Source: Alphaproteobacteria bacterium (lineage in GTDB: Bacteria > Pseudomonadota > Alphaproteobacteria > MPNO01). Taken from it: a stretch of 64,000 bases of DNA. This document shows, piece by piece, positions 58,027 to 64,000 of the stretch. Below the pieces are notes generated by a model that saw nothing but the letters and a program-made list of their open reading frames with translations, had not been told where the DNA came from and did no database searches. Location: the NCBI GenBank assembly GCA_964291675.2, contig OZ219865.1:32001-96000 (forward strand), given 5' to 3'. Position 1 is the first letter of the stretch, and each line of letters opens with the position of its first letter. The position numbers and the translations under genes were made by a program.

Positions 58027-59039
58027 CCGCAAAGTCCGTCGGTTTCCGGCCGATGCCGTTGCGCAATCTCTATCAGCCGGGCGCCATCGACGGCGTTGCC
58101 GGTCAGGACCAGCGCGATCCGGTCCCCCGGGTCGTTCCGGGGACGGTGCAAGAGGGCCGCGATCGGCGTCGCCGCCGCGCCTTCCAGGATCAGCCGCTCC
58201 CGCCAGAAGGCCCAGGCCATCGCACGAGCGATCTGCTCTTCGTCGACCAGCACAATGTCGTCGACCAGATCGCGAACCATGGCGAAGGTGTAACGGTTGT
58301 CCAGCAGGATGCCGCCCTGGAGGCTGTCCGCCAGGCTCTCGACTTCGGGAACGAGAACCGGATGCCCGGCCTGTTGACTGGCATGCATGGCCGCGCCGCG
58401 ATCCATGGAGACGCCGAGGATCCGGCAGTCCGGCCGATGCCGTTTGACCGCGAGGGCGATGCCCGAAATCAGTCCGCCGCCGCTCAACGGCACGATCACC
58501 GAATCGACTTCGTCCAGGTCGTCGACGATCTCCAGTCCGATCGTTCCCTGGCCGGCGATGACGTACCGGTCGTTGAACGGATCGATGACGGACAAACCCT
58601 CTTCGCGTACCAGGCGATGCGCGAGTTCGCCGGCTTCGTCCTGGGAGGCGCCGTGGATGCGCAACTCGCAGCCCGTCGCCGCGAGCGCCTCGATCTTGCC
58701 CGGCGTTACCTGTTCCGACACGCAGACCGTTGCCGGAATGCCGAGCCGACCGGCGACATGGGCGACGGCCCGTCCGTGATTCCCGGTCGAGTAGGTAACG
58801 ACGCCGCGCCGACGCGCTTCCTCGTCCAATGCGAGAATGGCGTTCGCGGCGCCGCGAACCTTGAAGGCGCCGGTATCCTGGAGCGTTTCGAGTTTCAAGA
58901 AGACGGCGGCGTCCGCGCGCCTGGACAAATCCGCCGACGGCAGAAGCGGCGTTCGCCGGGCAATTCCGCTGATCCGTTGCCGCGCGGTCTCCACGTCCGC
59001 CAGACCGATCGTGTCGGCCGCAGGCGCGACGCCGTCCAT
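58023..59039 (-). CDS. eutB: Hydroxyectoine utilization dehydratase EutB-like (threonine dehydratase family)
   Basis: LKLETLQDTGAFKVRGA, STGNHG, PLSGGGLISG, SLADSLQGGI.LDNRYTF. Confidence 0.85.
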   Translation of the reverse strand: MDGVAPAADTIGLADVETARQRISGIARRTPLLPSADLSRRADAAVFLKLETLQDTGAFKVRGAANAILALDEEARRRGVVTYSTGNHGRAVAHVAGRLGIPATVCVSEQVTPGKIEALAATGCELRIHGASQDEAGELAHRLVREEGLSVIDPFNDRYVIAGQGTIGLEIVDDLDEVDSVIVPLSGGGLISGIALAVKRHRPDCRILGVSMDRGAAMHASQQAGHPVLVPEVESLADSLQGGILLDNRYTFAMVRDLVDDIVLVDEEQIARAMAWAFWRERLILEGAAATPIAALLHRPRNDPGDRIALVLTGNAVDGARLIEIAQRHRPETDGLCG

Positions 59040-59497
59040 ACCTAGTTCTCGACCATTGCGCGATGCGTTGCCGCAGGCCGCCGGGCGCATTCGGCGGCCG
59101 GAAACGACACCCTGCAGGAGGCGCCCGCCATATCGACAACGGCGGCCGAGAAACCCATGCAACCTCCCTTCCATGCGATCGGGAACGGTAGCACGCGCCG
59201 ACCAGAGATACAATTCTCCGGTCGCCCGGACCTCCAGACCAAGACAATTGTCGCGTAATCCAGCCGAAATACAGTAGCCGCCTCCCGGCACGGGGCCTTA
59301 ATGATATATATCTGGGGAGCATGGACCGATGGCATGCCGGTCCGGGCGGCCGGTCTTGCGCAACGGCCGGCACGAACCCGGGGTGTGCCCGGCGCCGGGC
59401 CCTCGCACCGTCGCGCGGGACACGATCCGAGTCCGTGTCGGCGCCCGGTGGAGAGTCGTAAACTGGCCGCGCAGGCCCTGATCGAGAGCTTCCGTTC

Positions 59498-60265
59498 ATG
59501 TCCAACGAGCAAGCTGTTATCGACCTGATTTCCGGAGAGGAGGCAGAGCGGTTCGGCGACGCCCCCGCGGCGGAAACGCCTCGGGAGACGCCGTCGCGCC
59601 GCCGCTTTCGTGCCATTCACCGGCTGTTGCGACGCCGGATTGCCATGTTGGACTACCCACCCGGCCAGCGTCTCGACATCGATCGGCTGGCCGCCGAGCT
59701 GAACGTCAGCCGCACGCCGATCAGAAGCGTCCTCCAGCAGATGGAGTTCGAAGGGCTGGTCTCGACGCTGCATGGCGTCGGCACGACGGTGACCGCCATC
59801 GATACCGCCCATCTGCGAGAAGCGGTCGACCTTCGAACCCGACTCGCCGAACTGATCGGGGTTCTCAGCCCGCTTGCGCCCTCTTCGGAGGCGATCGGAT
59901 GGCTGCGAACCGCGCGGCAGGCCTGCGATGGTCTTTACGAAGATCGCGACATTCGCAAGTTTGCGGCCATCGACATGAGACTGCACGATGCGGTCTGCAC
60001 GGTGATCGGCAACTCGCTGCTGCTGAAGACCTACGACGACCTGTACTACCGCACCGCGCGCATGTGGTTCTATTTCCTGCCCAAACTCGACTGGCATCAG
60101 GAAATTGCGATTTTTGCGTCCGATATCGATCAGACCCGTAGCGCAATGATCCGCGGCGACACGCGCGCCGTCGGTTTTCTGGTCAGGAATGCCGTTTCCG
60201 CTGCCGTAATCCGCCTCGACGACCTGATCGCGCAGGCGGAGACCGACACTCTGGAACTCGGATGA
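59498..60265 (+). CDS. GntR family (FCD) transcriptional regulator
   Basis: LDYPPGQRLDIDRLAAELNVSRTPIRSVL...GVGTTV; FCD-like DMRLH, GNSLL. Confidence 0.88.
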   Translation: MSNEQAVIDLISGEEAERFGDAPAAETPRETPSRRRFRAIHRLLRRRIAMLDYPPGQRLDIDRLAAELNVSRTPIRSVLQQMEFEGLVSTLHGVGTTVTAIDTAHLREAVDLRTRLAELIGVLSPLAPSSEAIGWLRTARQACDGLYEDRDIRKFAAIDMRLHDAVCTVIGNSLLLKTYDDLYYRTARMWFYFLPKLDWHQEIAIFASDIDQTRSAMIRGDTRAVGFLVRNAVSAAVIRLDDLIAQAETDTLELG

Positions 60266-61455
60266 GCAAATTCGGCGATTACGTCATTCCGTTTTCCTGC
60301 GACGAATACGCGGCCCGCGCCACGCGTGTCCGGTCCATGATGCGGGATCGCGACCTGGATTTGTTGATTTGTCAGGACCCGGCGAACATGTGTTGGCTGA
60401 CCGGTTACGACAGCTGGTCCTTCTATACGCCCCAGGCGGTCGTTCTCGCTGCGGCCGAGGACTGGTCGATCTGGTTCGGGCGGCCGCAAGACGCCCGGGC
60501 GGCAAGGCTCACGACAATTCTGCCCGACGACAGGATTGCCTGCTTCGACGAAGCGCTGGTCCATCACCCGGAGCGTCACCCGTTCGACGACCTATGCACC
60601 CTGCTGCGCCACCGCGGCTACGGACGGGCCCGGATCGCGGTCGAGATGGATGCGCACTACTTCACGGCTCGGGCGCACCGTCATCTGGTCCGGGGTTTGC
60701 CGGACGCGGCGTTCGAGGACAGCCGGGAACTGGTCAACTGGGCGAAGGCGGTCAAATCGGACGCCGAATTGACCTACATGCGCCACGCCGGGCGAATCTG
60801 CACGGCGGCTCTGGATGCAGCCCTCGCGGTCATGGCGCCGGGAGTGCCCGAGTCGAGGGTTGTCGCGGAGGTCTACAAATCGCAGACCGTCGGGGTGGAC
60901 GGCGTCAGCGGTGACTACACCAGCTTGTGCCCGCTGATTCAGGTCGGCGAAGGCACGAGCACACCGCACCTGACCTGGTCCGAGGCGCCCTTGCCCGACG
61001 ATACCCTCGTCATACTGGAAATCGCCGGCGCCCGGCGGCACTACACGGCGCCGATCGTGCGCACGATTCATCTCGGTCCGCCTCCGCAAGAGATCGCCGA
61101 CCTGGCGAAGGTCATCGTCGAAGGAGTCGATGCGGCGCTCGACATGGCGCGCCCCGGCGCGACCTGCGAGGAGGTCGAGGCTGTCTGGCAGAAGATTCTC
61201 AACCGTAACGGCTTCGAGAAGAAGAGCCGCGTCGGCTACTCCATCGGCCTTGCCTTCCCGCCCGATTGGGGCGAGCGCACGATGAGTCTGCGTCCGGGCG
61301 ATACGACCGTCCTGGAGAGCGGGATGTGTTTCCACTTCCAGTCCGGCGTCTGGCTGGACGCCTACGGCGCGGCGATTTCGGAGTCGTTTGTCGTCACGGA
61401 AGCGGGCGGGGAGCGCCTCTGCGACGTCGAGCGGCGGCTCATCGTCATCGACTGA
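60262..61455 (+). CDS. eutD: Ectoine hydrolase EutD/DoeA-like M24 family protein
   Basis: DPANMCWLTGYDSWSFY, LVNWAKAVKS..E..YM, GDYTS, PHLTW, GYSIGLAFPPDWGERTMSLRPGD. Confidence 0.85.
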   Translation: MSKFGDYVIPFSCDEYAARATRVRSMMRDRDLDLLICQDPANMCWLTGYDSWSFYTPQAVVLAAAEDWSIWFGRPQDARAARLTTILPDDRIACFDEALVHHPERHPFDDLCTLLRHRGYGRARIAVEMDAHYFTARAHRHLVRGLPDAAFEDSRELVNWAKAVKSDAELTYMRHAGRICTAALDAALAVMAPGVPESRVVAEVYKSQTVGVDGVSGDYTSLCPLIQVGEGTSTPHLTWSEAPLPDDTLVILEIAGARRHYTAPIVRTIHLGPPPQEIADLAKVIVEGVDAALDMARPGATCEEVEAVWQKILNRNGFEKKSRVGYSIGLAFPPDWGERTMSLRPGDTTVLESGMCFHFQSGVWLDAYGAAISESFVVTEAGGERLCDVERRLIVID

Positions 61456-61502
61456 CCCGGGAAGCGGCGGCCAGATATCCCGGTCACCGGCCGTCCATCC
61501 GC

Positions 61503-62660
61503 CTATCGGACGATCAGCGTTTCAGGCGTCTCTTGCGTCAGGATCTCGCAGCCGGTGTCGGTCAAGACCGCCGTATTGGAAATGAAATAGTCGGCGCAGT
61601 CGGTGTCGGTGAACCAGGAGTGGAGATGGAACACCATGCCCGTCTTCAGCTCCATGCGCGAGTTCGGCGCAAGCCCCGTGACCATGCTCCCGCCTGTCCA
61701 GCTGGGCGGGAAGCCGATGCCGACCAGATATCCGCAATGGTGGCGCTCGTACCCAGCCAGGCCGCCCGCCCGCGCGACGCCGCGCCATGCGGCATAGGCG
61801 TCGCCGGCCGCAGCGCCCGGACGAATCGCCTCCCGAATCGCCTTCATCCCGCTAATCGCCAGCTCGACCGACCGGTCGATCCCTGCTGGCGGATTGCCGA
61901 GATAGACCAGGCGGCCCATGGGTGCGTGATAGCGTCGGACCGCCCCAGCAAGCTCCAGGAATACGGCGTCGCCGGCGCGGAACGTGTCGCCACGCCAGGT
62001 TGTGTGCTCTTCGCCGAGCCGGCTCGTCGGCCGGATGAAGGGGCCGAAGCCGGGATAATCGCTGCCGGCCAGGATCAGCGCCCGGTGGCAGGCGGCCGCC
62101 ACCTCGCTGTCGGTAGCGCCGTCGCGCACCGCTTCGATCGCAGCCAGCGTCCCCGCTTCCGCCGCCGCGGCGGCCTTGCGGGTGTGCTCGATCTCGAGCG
62201 GCGATTTGATCTGGCGCAGCGCATCCAGCAGCCCGGACGCATCGATCCAGTCAGCATCCGGCAGCTTCGCCTGCAGCGCTTCGGCAACGCGCGGCGTAAG
62301 AAACAGGCTGCGCTTTTCCAGACCCACGCGTGCGTCGGTCGCGCCGAGCTCCCGTAGCGCCCGGACGCCTGCGTCTGCGGGATCCTCATCGTCCGCGTAG
62401 CCGATATGGCGGGCGTTGCGCACCTGATTCTCGACGGTGATCCGCTCCATGGCGCGATTGATCAGGATCGACTCTCCGTCCTGCGTCAGCAGCAACAGGT
62501 GGCAAGCGAAGTAGCCCCAGTGGTCCAGGCCGGTCAGGTAGTAGATATTTTCCGGTACCCCGATAACGAGGCAGTCGAGGCCCGCCTTTCTCATGGCAGC
62601 GGTCGCGTTGTCGCGACGCCGGTCGAACTCGTTCGGCGGGAAAGCCGGTCGATGGTTCAT
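61503..62660 (-). CDS. Second M24 (Xaa-Pro peptidase/EutD-like) hydrolase
   Basis: PENIYYLTG, RQIKSPLEI, EHTTW, RYHAPMGR, CGYLVGIGFPPSW, GMVFHL. Confidence 0.85.
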   Translation of the reverse strand: MNHRPAFPPNEFDRRRDNATAAMRKAGLDCLVIGVPENIYYLTGLDHWGYFACHLLLLTQDGESILINRAMERITVENQVRNARHIGYADDEDPADAGVRALRELGATDARVGLEKRSLFLTPRVAEALQAKLPDADWIDASGLLDALRQIKSPLEIEHTRKAAAAAEAGTLAAIEAVRDGATDSEVAAACHRALILAGSDYPGFGPFIRPTSRLGEEHTTWRGDTFRAGDAVFLELAGAVRRYHAPMGRLVYLGNPPAGIDRSVELAISGMKAIREAIRPGAAAGDAYAAWRGVARAGGLAGYERHHCGYLVGIGFPPSWTGGSMVTGLAPNSRMELKTGMVFHLHSWFTDTDCADYFISNTAVLTDTGCEILTQETPETLIVR

Positions 62661-62765
62661 CGCTCCTCCTCAGGGGAACGCGAGTATGCTGCGCTCGCCT
62701 CCAAGTCGTGCGACCGCCTTTCATACACGGGTCGAGACTTCAGCGCTTTGCACGGCTCCTGCACC

Positions 62766-63010
62766 CGACGAGCCGCGCTCCGGCCGTCCGCGGCGCATCG
62801 GTGACGATGCCGTGGCGGAGGCGGTGCGCAAGACGCTGGAGGACAAGACCCGCGACATCGTCGGGCTGTAGGTAGACCCGCCGCGGCACGCCATGGTGCT
62901 TTACGTGGACGGGAAGTCGCAAGTTCAGGCCCTGGACCGCAGCCAGCCGCTGTTGCCACCGCGTCCCGGCCAGGCCGGGCGGCGCTCTCCGCCCGACTGG
63001 CTGCGCGGAC
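62766..63010 (+). mobile_element. IS630-family transposase remnant, second copy with an in-frame stop
   Basis: 62766-62957 matches 52294-52485 (192 bp, about 10 mismatches by eye) and continues LPPRPGQAGRR. Confidence 0.82.
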
Positions 63011-63112
63011 GCGCTTGCCCGATGTCGCCGCATCGCGCCGCGCGCCTCTCCCGCCCTGTCGGCCGGACGGCGCCGCGCCGGCCATGACGGTGGTGAGAAA
63101 TCCGGGCTGTGG

Positions 63113-63874
63113 CTAGCCGCCCTGCTCGGACATCGGGACGCCGGGCGGCAGCTCGAACAAATCGTCGGGCAGCGACTCGATATAGTCCACCGCCTCGTCG
63201 GTCGAGACGATGTCGGCGTATTTCGCGTTCATGTCGCAGAGATTGATCGCGTGGCTCGCCTCGGAGCGGTCGAAACACCCCTCCTCGACCAGGGTGGTGC
63301 GGAAATTCTCGCTGAACGCATCGAGCACCGAGGCGCGGACGCAGCCGCTCGTGGTCGTCCCCACCATGAGGATCGAATCGGCCTTGAGATTGGTCAGGAA
63401 GGACGATAGCGGGGTGCCGTGGAAGGCGCTCGGCTTGAGCTTCTCGATGACGATGTCCTGCGGCGCGGGTGCGATCTCCGGGTTGATCTGGTTGCCGTCG
63501 AGATTGGCGCGCGGATCGTCGGCCGCGCGCCATTCGCCGGTGCGGCTGTTCTTCCACGCCCAGGACCCGCGGTCCCAGCCGTCGCTCCGCATCGAGGCGG
63601 TGGTGTAGATGACCGGGATGCCCTTGGCCCGCCCGGCTTCCAGCAGGCGCTTGATGTAGCGCATCGACTCCCAGGCCTCCTCGCCGCAGGAGTTCGGCCA
63701 GGTCTTGACCGAATCGAGGATCGGCTCCGGCCGGTCGCCGGTAAAATTGTAGTTGACGTCGATCACCACGATCACCGGCCGTTCGCCGAACCCGGCCCGC
63801 TCGCCGTAGCCTGCCGCGCCGAACACCTGCTTGTCGCGTTCGGTGAGAAACCGGTTCCAGACGGGTTCCTTCAT
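63113..63874 (-). CDS. Isochorismatase family cysteine hydrolase (maleamate amidohydrolase/N-carbamoylsarcosine amidase-like)
   Basis: GFGERPVIVVID, EKLKPSAFHGT, GTTTSGCVRASVLDA, MNAKYAD. Confidence 0.9.
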   Translation of the reverse strand: MKEPVWNRFLTERDKQVFGAAGYGERAGFGERPVIVVIDVNYNFTGDRPEPILDSVKTWPNSCGEEAWESMRYIKRLLEAGRAKGIPVIYTTASMRSDGWDRGSWAWKNSRTGEWRAADDPRANLDGNQINPEIAPAPQDIVIEKLKPSAFHGTPLSSFLTNLKADSILMVGTTTSGCVRASVLDAFSENFRTTLVEEGCFDRSEASHAINLCDMNAKYADIVSTDEAVDYIESLPDDLFELPPGVPMSEQGG

Positions 63875-63981
63875 CGTCTTGCCTCCCCACGCCGGGTTGC
63901 GCCATCATGCGGCCAGAAGCCTAGGCGCGCGAAATCGCCCGCGCAAGCAGGCGGCGCGGACACCGACCGGAGGACACCGCA

Positions 63982-64000
63982 ATGAAGGTCGCCCGTCTCA
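63982..64000 (+). CDS. Start of a CDS running off the window (MKVARL...)
   Basis: GGAGG RBS followed by ATG at 63982; divergent from the isochorismatase gene. Confidence 0.5.

Larger units (their letters stand above)
50506..63108. mobile_element. Putative ~12.6 kb genomic island bounded by an imperfect inverted repeat
   Basis: AGCCCGGATTCTCGCCAC (50506-50523) versus reverse complement of 63090-63108 AGCCCGGATTTCTCACCAC; visibly more A/T at third positions inside; two IS630 remnants. Confidence 0.55.

Noticed and set aside
56848-59616. 922-aa ORF as an EutB-ArgE fusion
   Set aside because: EutB is in a different frame; only the part from ATG 58026 is ArgE-like, and the genes overlap by ATGA.
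1-64000. tRNA, rRNA or riboswitch genes
   Set aside because: No cloverleaf, rRNA-like or recognisable riboswitch sequence was seen by eye; a covariance-model scan would be needed to exclude them.

Overview
High-GC alphaproteobacterial (Rhodospirillales-like) chromosomal window with about 60 CDSs, mostly catabolic. Aromatic and heterocycle degradation genes include two Rieske oxygenase alpha subunits, one beta subunit, a ferredoxin and its reductase, two bicupin dioxygenases, an extradiol dioxygenase with a class II aldolase-fold decarboxylase, two FAH hydrolases, and TauD- and PhyH-family dioxygenases. Also present are a TRAP transporter with tandemly duplicated binding proteins, hemA, moaA, a small heat-shock gene, a GldAFG-like ABC exporter and an OmpR/EnvZ-type two-component system. 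The features most worth follow-up are: (1) a lower-GC ABC-type ATPase plus small putative nuclease gene pair (29.0-30.6 kb) behind a candidate LexA box, a possible undescribed defence or toxin-antitoxin module; (2) a HAL/PAL-family lyase that lacks the MIO-forming Ala-Ser-Gly tripeptide; (3) a ~12.6 kb island (50.5-63.1 kb) bounded by an inverted repeat, holding a non-canonical ectoine/hydroxyectoine uptake and catabolism cluster flanked by two IS630-derived remnants that share the same internal deletion; (4) a co-oriented run linking a Gfo/Idh/MocA-DUF993-TIM barrel trio to ring-cleavage genes. No rRNA, tRNA or CRISPR array was seen. All family assignments come from motifs recognised by eye, not from database searches.
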